56,307 nucleotides of DNA from an uncultured Clostridium sp. (GTDB taxonomy: Bacteria; Bacillota; Clostridia; Ch29), in NCBI GenBank assembly GCA_964529035.1, contig CAZGUG010000003.1, forward strand, positions 1 to 56,307, read 5' to 3'. Both the position numbers and the translations under genes were made by a program. Position 1 is the stretch's first letter, and every line of letters starts with the position of its first letter. The notes under the pieces are model-generated. The model searched no databases and was not told the origin of the DNA. It saw only the letters and a list, made by a program, of their open reading frames with translations. Below are positions 46,794-56,307 of this stretch, one piece after another.

Positions 46794-47681
46794 CTATGCC
46801 CTTCCTTTTCCGGGCTTTTCCTTTCCTTTCCACATGGCCCAAAGGGGACCCGCTATTAAAATCGATGAATAGGTTCCACTCAGTATTCCAACCATAAGGG
46901 GCAGCGCAAATTCTTTAATGGCACTTACGCCCAACAGATATATCATGCTGATTGTCATGAGGGTAGTAAATGAAGTGTTTACAGACCTTGCTATTGTCTG
47001 GTTTATGCTTGTATTTACAAGCTCGGCCAGTGAAGCTTTCTTTTTGAACAGGCCGCGGTTTTCCCTTATCCTGTCAAATACAACTATTGTGGCGTTTATG
47101 GAATAGCCCACTATGGTCAGCATTGCAGCTATAAAGGAAGTGTTTATCGGTATCTGAAGTATTGCATACACCGCCAGTACAACCAGCACATCATGCAGCA
47201 GTGCGGTTGTGGCGGCAATACCGAATTTGAATTCGAAGCGGTAGGTTATATACATAAGCATACCCACCGCCGCAACCGCCAGCGAGATAAAGGCCTGTTT
47301 TTTCAACTGCTGGCCTATTACCGGGCCCACTTTTTGCATGGACACCAAGTCTTCGGCATCCAGGTTGTACTTTTCCCTGAATTTGTTGAAGATCTCTGCC
47401 CTTTCAGCCTCTGAAAGGTCGAGTTTCGTTTTTACCTGTACCTGGGTCCTGTTCTCCCCGGCATAGGTAATGGCTGCTTCTTCATCAAACTGGTCTGTTA
47501 TTTCCCTGATCTCCTGTGTAGTGAAGCTTTTTCCCAAGTCGATTTGTATAATGGTTCCTCCGGTAAAATCTATTCCCAGGTTGAGGCCCGTTATCATCAC
47601 GAAAACAAGCCCAACCAGAATTACCAGTCCCGACAATCCAAACCACAGTCTGCTTTTTTCTACGATTTTCATTGGCTTCAC
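46794..47681 (-). CDS. secF: Protein translocase subunit SecF
   Basis: LNLGIDFTGG, ALLHDV, LTIVGYSIN and VVFDRIRE motifs. Confidence 0.97.
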   Translation of the reverse strand: MKPMKIVEKSRLWFGLSGLVILVGLVFVMITGLNLGIDFTGGTIIQIDLGKSFTTQEIREITDQFDEEAAITYAGENRTQVQVKTKLDLSEAERAEIFNKFREKYNLDAEDLVSMQKVGPVIGQQLKKQAFISLAVAAVGMLMYITYRFEFKFGIAATTALLHDVLVVLAVYAILQIPINTSFIAAMLTIVGYSINATIVVFDRIRENRGLFKKKASLAELVNTSINQTIARSVNTSFTTLMTISMIYLLGVSAIKEFALPLMVGILSGTYSSILIAGPLWAMWKGKEKPGKGRA

Positions 47682-47684
47682 CCC

Positions 47685-48962
47685 CTATGCCCCAAACAGC
47701 TTGGTGTTTCTGGTAATATTCATTCCAACAACCAGTTTCAAAAGCATTTTGGTAATAACAATAGCTGTGAACATACTGGACAGTATTCCTATGGTAAGCG
47801 TTACGGCAAATCCCTGTATGGGGCCTGCACCCAGGTAAAAAAGAACAGCCGCCGCAATAAGGGTTGTTACATTGGCATCCAGTATTGTTCGGAATGCCCT
47901 TTTGAACCCTGCGTCAATGGCAGGCCTCAGGCTTTTGCCGTTCCTCAATTCCTCTTTCAACCTTTCGAATATAATTACATTGGCATCCACCGCCATACCT
48001 ATCGACAGAAGCAGCCCCGCTATACCGGGCAGCGTCAGCGCTGCATTAATGGAAACCAGTACCAGCAGTACTATCATTATATATATAACCAGCGAAAGGC
48101 TGGCAACAAGTCCGGGAAGCCTGTAATACAGAGCCATGAATACCATTACCAGCATTATTCCTATAAAGCCCGCCCTGACGCTTCTCTCCAGGGAATTTGC
48201 GCCCAAAGTGGGACCCACCGTTCTTATTTCCACCGCTTCCATGTCAACCGGCAGCGCCCCGGCTTTTATAAGTGTGGCAAGCTCTGCTGCCGCCTCAATG
48301 CTTGGCATACCGTTTATCACCGCTTTGCCGTCGGTAATATGGGCCTGTACCTCGGGTGCCGATATTACTTCTTCATCCAGCACTATGGATATCGATCTCT
48401 CGGGCTGATAACCCGGAACGTCCTCTATTTCCATTATTACTCCTGTTACATCGGCAAAGCTCTTTGCACCTTCGGAATCCAGTTCCAGTGCGACCACCGG
48501 TTCTTTGAAGCCTGAAGGCTCGGTTTGGTACACCGCTTCTGCATTTCTCACATTATCACCGGTTAAAACCACTTCCCCGTCCGGGCCCAGGAATCTGAGC
48601 TGCGCGGTTTTCCCTATCATCTCTACAGCACTCTGGCTGTCGGTTATGTCAGGAAGTTCAATCCTTATCCTGTTTTCTCCCTGCCTTGCGATAACCGGTT
48701 CACTTACGCCCAGCGCGTCCACCCTGTTCCTGATTGTGGCAACGGCCCTTGAAAGCATCTCGTCCGAAACCACTACACCTTCCCGGGGTTTGGCTTCCAG
48801 GACCACATATACCCCTCCCCTTAAATCGAGGCCGTATTTTATCGCATCCCTTACAGGGATTACGTCATAGCTGCCCATACTTGCACCATAGGAAAGAATG
48901 TATGCCGAAAGCCCAATTATCAGCACTACGACTGTAAAAATCACTGTCCGCTTTAAATTCAT
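47685..48962 (-). CDS. secD: Protein translocase subunit SecD
   Basis: GLDLRGG, RVDALGV, VGPTLG, LTLPGIAG and GMAVDANVIIFER motifs. Confidence 0.97.
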   Translation of the reverse strand: MNLKRTVIFTVVVLIIGLSAYILSYGASMGSYDVIPVRDAIKYGLDLRGGVYVVLEAKPREGVVVSDEMLSRAVATIRNRVDALGVSEPVIARQGENRIRIELPDITDSQSAVEMIGKTAQLRFLGPDGEVVLTGDNVRNAEAVYQTEPSGFKEPVVALELDSEGAKSFADVTGVIMEIEDVPGYQPERSISIVLDEEVISAPEVQAHITDGKAVINGMPSIEAAAELATLIKAGALPVDMEAVEIRTVGPTLGANSLERSVRAGFIGIMLVMVFMALYYRLPGLVASLSLVIYIMIVLLVLVSINAALTLPGIAGLLLSIGMAVDANVIIFERLKEELRNGKSLRPAIDAGFKRAFRTILDANVTTLIAAAVLFYLGAGPIQGFAVTLTIGILSSMFTAIVITKMLLKLVVGMNITRNTKLFGA

Positions 48963-48998
48963 TAACCCTTCCCCCTCGAATTATCGGTTGATAGAAAC

Positions 48999-49027
48999 AT
49001 TATATTACTGACTTGCCGGTGCGTCAA
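48999..49027 (-). promoter_or_regulatory. sigmaA promoter for secDF
   Basis: TTGACG-17 nt-TATAAT. Confidence 0.75.
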
Positions 49028-49534
49028 TCAAACTCCTGAATACTCCTTCGCCAGCCCCACATACGCAAGGGCCCTTTTTTTAATTTCATCTGCTTCCTTG
49101 TCGGACGTTCTTCTTACCACTTTCCCTGGGGACCCCATAACCACCGAATAGGGCGGAATTTTTCTGCCCGGTGTAATAAGGGATCCTGCACCTATTATCG
49201 AATGCCCGCCTATTACTGCACCGTCCATTATTATTGATCCCATTCCGATCAGGCAGTTGTCCGCAATGGTACATCCGTGCAGCAGCGCTCGGTGCCCTAC
49301 CGAAACGCAGTCACCTATTATGGTGGGAAAACCGCCGCTGCAGTGTATAATGCACCCGTCCTGAATATTGGTACGACTGCCTATTGCAATTTTGTCCACA
49401 TCCGCTCTCGCTATTGTTCCATACCAAAGGCTTGAATATTCTCCCAGGGAAAAATCCCCTGTTATTACCACACCCTCGGCTACAAACGCTTTTTTGTTAA
49501 TACGGGGATTACTGCCCCTGTAACCTATTAGCAT
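49028..49534 (-). CDS. Gamma carbonic anhydrase family protein
   Basis: NIQDGCIIH, VGHRALLHGCTI and GMGSIIMDGA hexapeptide motifs with metal-binding His residues. Confidence 0.92.
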   Translation of the reverse strand: MLIGYRGSNPRINKKAFVAEGVVITGDFSLGEYSSLWYGTIARADVDKIAIGSRTNIQDGCIIHCSGGFPTIIGDCVSVGHRALLHGCTIADNCLIGMGSIIMDGAVIGGHSIIGAGSLITPGRKIPPYSVVMGSPGKVVRRTSDKEADEIKKRALAYVGLAKEYSGV

Positions 49535-50900
49535 TGTCTCCCTCCCTTATTCTTGACAAAACCTTCAGGGCTATTGCACACTCTATCCTTTTCTTTTCCA
49601 TTTCACAACCGATTTTGTAGCTCTTTTTAATACTTCCGGTTGTGTTGTATGAGTTTGCATGACAACCACCGCTGCACCAAAGCCTCGCCCAGCAGCCGCT
49701 GCAGTCTTCCTTGCTGTACACGTGACAGTATCTAAAGGAATCGGATATGTGCCTGTCAAGTTGGCCTTTAAAAACGCTTCCCATTAAAAAGGACTTGTTT
49801 CCGACAAACTGGTGACAAGGATATATGTCCCCTTCCGGGGTAACCGCAAGGTACTGATTACCCGCACCGCAGCCCGAAAGCCTTTTCACCGCGCAGGGAC
49901 CGTTGTACAGGTTCACATTGAAATGATAAAAATTAAACTTTTCCCTTGTCCCTTCCCTCTTTAAACATTCGTCAAACAGCCTGTCATATTCGTTAAGTAT
50001 CCTATCCAAATCCTGTTCCCTTATTGAATAGGGTTCTTCGGGTGTGCACACCACCGGTTCAACCGATACCTCCTTAAAGCCCAGGCCCGCCATGTGAAGG
50101 ACGTCTCTGCAGAAATCCAGGTTTTCTCTGGTAAAGGTTCCCCTCACGTAATAGCTTTTGTCCTTTCTCCTTTGCACAAACCTTCTTATATTATCTGTTA
50201 TGGCGTTATAGCTGCCCGAGCCGTCCCTAAAGCACCTCATCCTGTCATTTACCTCTTGCCTGCCGTCCAGGCTCAGGACGACATTATACATGTTTTCATC
50301 CAGGTATTCAATGGTGCTGCGATCAAGGGCAAGGGCATTGGTTGTAAGTGTGAACTTAATGGTCTTGTTGGATGCACCGGCTTTCTTTCTTGCATAATCC
50401 ACTGTCTTTTTTACCACATCCAGGTTCATAAGTGGCTCTCCGCCGAAAAAGTCTATTTCTATATTACGCCTGCCCTTCGATTTTTCCATAAGGAAGTCCA
50501 CCGCCTTATAGGCGGTATTACAGTCCATTAAAAGCTTGTCTCCGTTAAAATTACCCTGTGACGCAAAGCAGTATCTGCAGTTTAGATTGCAGTCGTGGGC
50601 AACATGCAGGCATAGCGCTTTAACTACGTTATCCTCAAACCTTCGTTTTGCTGTATCTGCATGACGGTCCTCCGAGAACAGAAGCCCTTCCGCCCTTAGC
50701 TGTTTTATCTCCCCTAGGCCTTCTTCTATTTCTTCCTGAGAATATTCGCCCCTCAGCTTGTCCTGTATAAATGCATCATCATATTCCGGATAATAATCAA
50801 GTATCCTGAATACAAGACTGTCCACCACATGGACAGCCCCGCTTGCCACATCCAGCACTATCGGAACTTTGTTTTTAATGTATTTATGTATTAAAGCCAT
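49509..50900 (-). CDS. scfB: SCIFF/ranthipeptide radical SAM-SPASM maturase
   Basis: KALCLHVAHDCNLNCRYC, DFFGGEPL, CGAG, YPCHQF and C..C.....CSGGCHAN motifs; adjacent to the SCIFF precursor. Confidence 0.95.
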   Translation of the reverse strand: MALIHKYIKNKVPIVLDVASGAVHVVDSLVFRILDYYPEYDDAFIQDKLRGEYSQEEIEEGLGEIKQLRAEGLLFSEDRHADTAKRRFEDNVVKALCLHVAHDCNLNCRYCFASQGNFNGDKLLMDCNTAYKAVDFLMEKSKGRRNIEIDFFGGEPLMNLDVVKKTVDYARKKAGASNKTIKFTLTTNALALDRSTIEYLDENMYNVVLSLDGRQEVNDRMRCFRDGSGSYNAITDNIRRFVQRRKDKSYYVRGTFTRENLDFCRDVLHMAGLGFKEVSVEPVVCTPEEPYSIREQDLDRILNEYDRLFDECLKREGTREKFNFYHFNVNLYNGPCAVKRLSGCGAGNQYLAVTPEGDIYPCHQFVGNKSFLMGSVFKGQLDRHISDSFRYCHVYSKEDCSGCWARLWCSGGCHANSYNTTGSIKKSYKIGCEMEKKRIECAIALKVLSRIREGDNANRLQGQ

Positions 50901-50941
50901 TTGTATCATCCTGTCGTGTTTACTGTTTTTGATTTTTACTG

Positions 50942-50967
50942 AAAAAAAGCAGCCCGGCTGCTTTTTT
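50942..50967 (-). terminator. Intrinsic terminator between scfA and scfB
   Basis: AAAAAAGCAGC-CCG-GCTGCTTTTTT immediately after the scfA stop. Confidence 0.75.
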
Positions 50968-50968
50968 A

Positions 50969-51109
50969 TTACCTGTTCTCACATTCCTGATTTGCAACGG
51001 TACATGAGGTCTTGCATGCGGACTGGCATGAAGACTGGCATTCTCCACAGCCGCCCTTGTCGGCAGTATCTTTAAATATTGCTCCTACTATTGTCTTTAT
51101 GTACTTCAT
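50969..51109 (-). CDS. scfA: SCIFF (six Cys in forty-five) ranthipeptide precursor, 46 aa; not in the ORF track
   Basis: MKYIKTIVGAIFKDTADKGGCGECQSSCQSACKTSCTVANQECENR*; six Cys; RBS GGAGGGG. Confidence 0.97.
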   Translation of the reverse strand: MKYIKTIVGAIFKDTADKGGCGECQSSCQSACKTSCTVANQECENR

Positions 51110-51207
51110 GTCGTTACCCCCTCCTGATAGTTGGCGCTTTTTTAATCGACCTGTTTATTACCTTTAAAATTATAGCACATGAAAGTTATTATTAAAAGCA
51201 GTTTTCT

Positions 51208-51597
51208 TTACCTTGTAAGGTTTATTCCTATCATTCCTCCGATAGCCCCTACCAGTATTCCCAAAACAACCTTCGAAAAAATATACCTGTCAAAGGTAAA
51301 ACCCTCCACCGCTATCCAGCTGACTATAAGAATAACCCCGATAAACAGAACTCCGCAGATGATACCGTAAAGCCAGCCCCTGGCCTTGGACCTTACAGCA
51401 GCACCGGCCCCGGAAATTGCAAGCCCGATTATTATTATTCCCTGGGTCACAGTAGGTACAATGGCTTCCGAAAGGCGTGTATATGTAACAAGAACTGCAA
51501 GCAGCAAAAAGCATATCAACGAAAAACCATACCCAATTCCTACGGATTTAAGAATAATGGACATCCTTAACCTATTATCCCCCCGGTTGTCCTTCAT
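51208..51597 (-). CDS. TIGR04086-family membrane protein
   Basis: 129 aa, 4 TMs, KARGWLYG and GAIGGMIGIN motifs; usual position between yajC and scfA. Confidence 0.85.
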   Translation of the reverse strand: MKDNRGDNRLRMSIILKSVGIGYGFSLICFLLLAVLVTYTRLSEAIVPTVTQGIIIIGLAISGAGAAVRSKARGWLYGIICGVLFIGVILIVSWIAVEGFTFDRYIFSKVVLGILVGAIGGMIGINLTR

Positions 51598-51659
51598 AAT
51601 AATCCCTCCAAAATATTTTTCTTATGACAAACTTATGCTTAGTTACAAATTTTATGACT

Positions 51660-51807
51660 GTAAAGTGAAACTTCCGCCGCAGAAGCGGTTTTCTACTGCG
51701 GCGGTTAGTTGAACAAACCCTGGTATTTAGCGTCGGTTCAAGCCGGAAGGCGAGATTACCGACGCTTATATCGAGGGTAAAGTGAAACTTCCGCCGCAGA
51801 AGCGGTT
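51660..51807 (+). repeat. Structured interspersed repeat: one 117-bp unit plus a 31-bp start of a second unit (Clostridiales-1-like)
   Basis: GTAAAGTGAAACTTCCGCCGCAGAAGCGGTT identical at 51660-51690 and 51777-51807; two perfect 9-bp stems (51674-82/51696-704; 51729-37/51758-66). Family name is from recall only. Confidence 0.75.
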
Positions 51808-51854
51808 GTTATTTGAGACCTCTACCGGGAGGGGTCAGGTTTGCCTTTATAAAA

Positions 51855-51883
51855 AAAAAGAGCATTGTTTAAATGCTCTTTTT
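51855..51883 (-). terminator. Terminator after yajC
   Basis: AAAAAGAGCATT/AATGCTCTTTTT 12-bp inverted repeat. Confidence 0.8.
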
Positions 51884-51887
51884 CTGT

Positions 51888-52160
51888 CTATTCGTCTTTA
51901 TCCACCACGCTGCCTATTGCCCACTTGGCAAGCTTAAGTTTTACCCTGTCTGATCCGACCTCAACCACAACGATGTCTTCCTTGACGGATATTAGCTTGC
52001 CCATTATGCCCCCAATTGTTACAACCTGGTCACCTTCATTGAGGTTCGCTCTCATCTCCCTTATTTTCTTTTCCTTTTTTCTCTGAGGGGCTATCAATAA
52101 GAAATAAAATACAACCAATAGTATTATTGGCAAACCGAACGATTGAATAAACTGCTCCAC
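51888..52160 (-). CDS. yajC: Preprotein translocase subunit YajC
   Basis: FYFLLIAPQRK and GDQVVTIGGIMG motifs; GTG 52160 is best spaced from RBS AAAGGAGG. Confidence 0.96.
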   Translation of the reverse strand: MEQFIQSFGLPIILLVVFYFLLIAPQRKKEKKIREMRANLNEGDQVVTIGGIMGKLISVKEDIVVVEVGSDRVKLKLAKWAIGSVVDKDE

Positions 52161-52195
52161 CTGCATTCCTCCTTTAAAATAATCTTCCCCTTTAT

Positions 52196-52222
52196 ATTCT
52201 CCAAAAACCTGATAATTCCTCT
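52196..52222 (-). promoter_or_regulatory. sigmaH-type promoter for yajC
   Basis: AGAGGAATT-11 nt-GGAGAAT matches RNAGGAWWW-N11-RNNGAAT. Confidence 0.55.
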
Positions 52223-52238
52223 ATAATTACTTTTTTGT

Positions 52239-54396
<2,158 letters not shown>

Positions 54397-54415
54397 AATA
54401 TTTTCATTCCTTCCT

Positions 54416-56053
54416 TCACTGTACAACACAACCCTGATAATAGTATTCTAAAATTTCCTTATGGCTATACCCCGCCTCGGCCATTCCCTTTGCGCCCCAC
54501 TGGCTCATGCCGAGACCGTGTCCCCAGCCTTTTCCCCTGAATATAAACCGGGTGGGGAATTTGTTTATGGTTGAATGATTCCTGCTGCTTCTTACCGTCA
54601 GCACATCAGGGCCATCATCCAACGTCTTAATACCGGATGCATTAACCGCTTTTGTATGGGCCGCCGCAACCTTCTGTACCTGCTGTCCCACCTCACCCAG
54701 CACAAACAGGTCGGCATCCGTATCTACGGTAAACAGGGTGCTCTTTAAATCATTATACCCGAAAATCGCCCTGCTTCTCTCCTTCTCCAGTACGGTACTG
54801 CCCCTTGAACCCTGTATGGTCAGTGCCAGGGACCTCCCGGCCGGCGTATAGCTTTCAACCTGTATATCCTGAATACTACCGATACTGATACCATGCTGTG
54901 CCAGTACCGTACTTATCTGCTGGCTTGTATAAACCCTCTCCCAGCTTTCATGGGGAGACCCGGAATCAAAACTGTCATCCACCGCTTTTATGTAAGGCAG
55001 CGAAATACTCCATACGTTTTCGGCATTTTCTGTATGACCGCCGCTGCTGGCATGGTAGAATGCAGCAATGGGACTGCCCTCATAATATATCAGTTGACCT
55101 ACGGTTTCATCCACCGCAGCATTGGTAGACGGGCTCTCGCTGTCAAATCCACCGTAAACCTGGCAGTCCGTTCCAGAGCACACGTCAAAACCCAGGGGAC
55201 CGTGCTTTCCAATATTTACCACCGCAAAATTTCTTGCAGCCACCGCCTGGGCTTTAAGCGCTTCCATATGCCAGGACGGGCTGACTTCCCTCGGTACCAC
55301 TCCGTACAGATAATGCTTAAGAGGCAGGGAATTGACAACCGTTATGTTACCGCCGTTTTGCCTTTTAAACTCAATACTGCCTCTGAACCTTTTGCCGTCC
55401 ACTCTTATTATACCCTCATCCAGAGGCCTGGCAATAAAAAATTCGTCTCCGCCTTCATACATAAATACTACCTTTCCTCTTTGGTCATTGACCTGCAGCC
55501 GCCCCTCATACGGATAAACCGGATATATGTCGAATTTCCCGCCAATCCTGTCTGCCAGTTCGCATTTTTTACGCTCCATTTCCTGAATGCCGGTATACCT
55601 GCCGGTCCATACCCTCCATCCGTTATCATAGGCGATATATCCTTCCAGACCCTTATTAGATATTTCCTGCAGCAAATCATATGCTTTCTGCAGGTCGGCA
55701 CAGGGCTCAGAAATCTGCAAATGATAGGGCCCAAAGTCTACATCCGAAGGAGACCCTGTCCCCTGTCCTACCTCTATAAGCAGCCCGTTTTTATCGGTAA
55801 AAAAGCTGTCCTTTCTTACAAAAATGCCGGATTTGCCGGTATGGGTGTAAAGACTTATAAAACCGCTACCGGTATCATATCCGAATTCTATCCCGCTGTC
55901 CGAACCAATTGATACTGCAGCCGGGGCTGTGGTATCAAATTTAAGTCCTACCCTTATGGTCTCCTGAGCGCCGGCCTCTACCCCGGGTGCAGTGCAGGTA
56001 AATATAATTACTATTACAGCAAGCATAACTACCATTTTATTTCCCATAAACAA
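54416..56053 (-). CDS. SpoIID/LytB-domain cell wall hydrolase (signal peptide, SPOR-like segment)
   Basis: [38 protein letters not shown] and [13 protein letters not shown] motifs. Confidence 0.92.
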   Translation of the reverse strand: MFMGNKMVVMLAVIVIIFTCTAPGVEAGAQETIRVGLKFDTTAPAAVSIGSDSGIEFGYDTGSGFISLYTHTGKSGIFVRKDSFFTDKNGLLIEVGQGTGSPSDVDFGPYHLQISEPCADLQKAYDLLQEISNKGLEGYIAYDNGWRVWTGRYTGIQEMERKKCELADRIGGKFDIYPVYPYEGRLQVNDQRGKVVFMYEGGDEFFIARPLDEGIIRVDGKRFRGSIEFKRQNGGNITVVNSLPLKHYLYGVVPREVSPSWHMEALKAQAVAARNFAVVNIGKHGPLGFDVCSGTDCQVYGGFDSESPSTNAAVDETVGQLIYYEGSPIAAFYHASSGGHTENAENVWSISLPYIKAVDDSFDSGSPHESWERVYTSQQISTVLAQHGISIGSIQDIQVESYTPAGRSLALTIQGSRGSTVLEKERSRAIFGYNDLKSTLFTVDTDADLFVLGEVGQQVQKVAAAHTKAVNASGIKTLDDGPDVLTVRSSRNHSTINKFPTRFIFRGKGWGHGLGMSQWGAKGMAEAGYSHKEILEYYYQGCVVQ

Positions 56054-56064
56054 CCCTCCCGTGC

Positions 56065-56093
56065 ATTGTACATTCTAAATAATTCGACAACAA
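56065..56093 (-). promoter_or_regulatory. Candidate sigmaA promoter for the SpoIID/LytB gene
   Basis: TTGTTG-17 nt-TACAAT. Confidence 0.45.
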
Positions 56094-56278
56094 ACCCTAT
56101 ACTCCTTTTTATTGCTTATATTTTCGACCCTATGCAGCACCAACTTCTTAAAAGCTTGTATCAACCCCAAAACCGGATACGATATACAGCGATTATCAGT
56201 GAACAATTCGTATTACGTGGCTAATATTCAATTCTGCGTACGTATACTTTGGTTTTGGGTTAAAATATAGCTAATTGA

Positions 56279-56307
56279 TTGTAATGGTCTGTGTTTTCGT
56301 ATAAAAT
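56279..56307 (+). promoter_or_regulatory. Candidate sigmaA promoter pointing out of the window
   Basis: TTGTAA-17 nt-TAAAAT at the very end of the sequence. Confidence 0.4.

Noticed and set aside
51660-51807. CRISPR interpretation of the 31-bp direct repeat
   Set aside because: Only two copies, an 86-nt highly structured spacer, and no cas genes or AT-rich leader.
56158-56268. Integron attC site
   Set aside because: The ends do not match RYYYAAC/GTTRRRY and no integrase or cassette is visible.

Overview
Core-genome window (moderate GC) from a spore-forming Clostridia-type Firmicute, almost all on the minus strand. From the high-coordinate end it follows the familiar clostridial backbone: spoIID-like, queA, tgt, yajC, TIGR04086, SCIFF (scfA-scfB), secD, secF, lapA-like, recJ, rel, dtd, MBL hydrolase, hemZ, [T-box] hisS-aspS, 6S RNA, tcdA, glyA, rarA, then Rrf2-nifS-nifU-mnmA, PRC, ytxH, AI-2E, [T-box] alaS, ireB, ruvX, DUF1292, fur, rnj, ylbF and a partial mltG. 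Accessory genes are interleaved, mainly an ~11 kb block at 18.2-29.0 kb. I saw no tRNA/rRNA genes, transposase, integrase or CRISPR array. Five short genes missing from the ORF track were read by hand: a UGA-containing U-P-H-C glutaredoxin with a SECIS-like hairpin (probable selenoprotein), the 46-aa SCIFF precursor, a 57-aa YtxH-like protein, a 59-aa HTH-like protein and a 44-codon leader ORF that begins like a Mop/TOBE protein and runs through a terminator into ltaE. Best leads: the selenoprotein; the ltaE leader; a long hairpin leader with an anti-SD in front of a zinc-ribbon gene; a sigmaF-type promoter on an uncharacterised three-gene activase/dehydratase-like operon; a motif shared by the alaS and ltaE leaders; and a structured interspersed repeat unit near yajC. 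Product calls come from motif recognition and synteny only; no database search was run.
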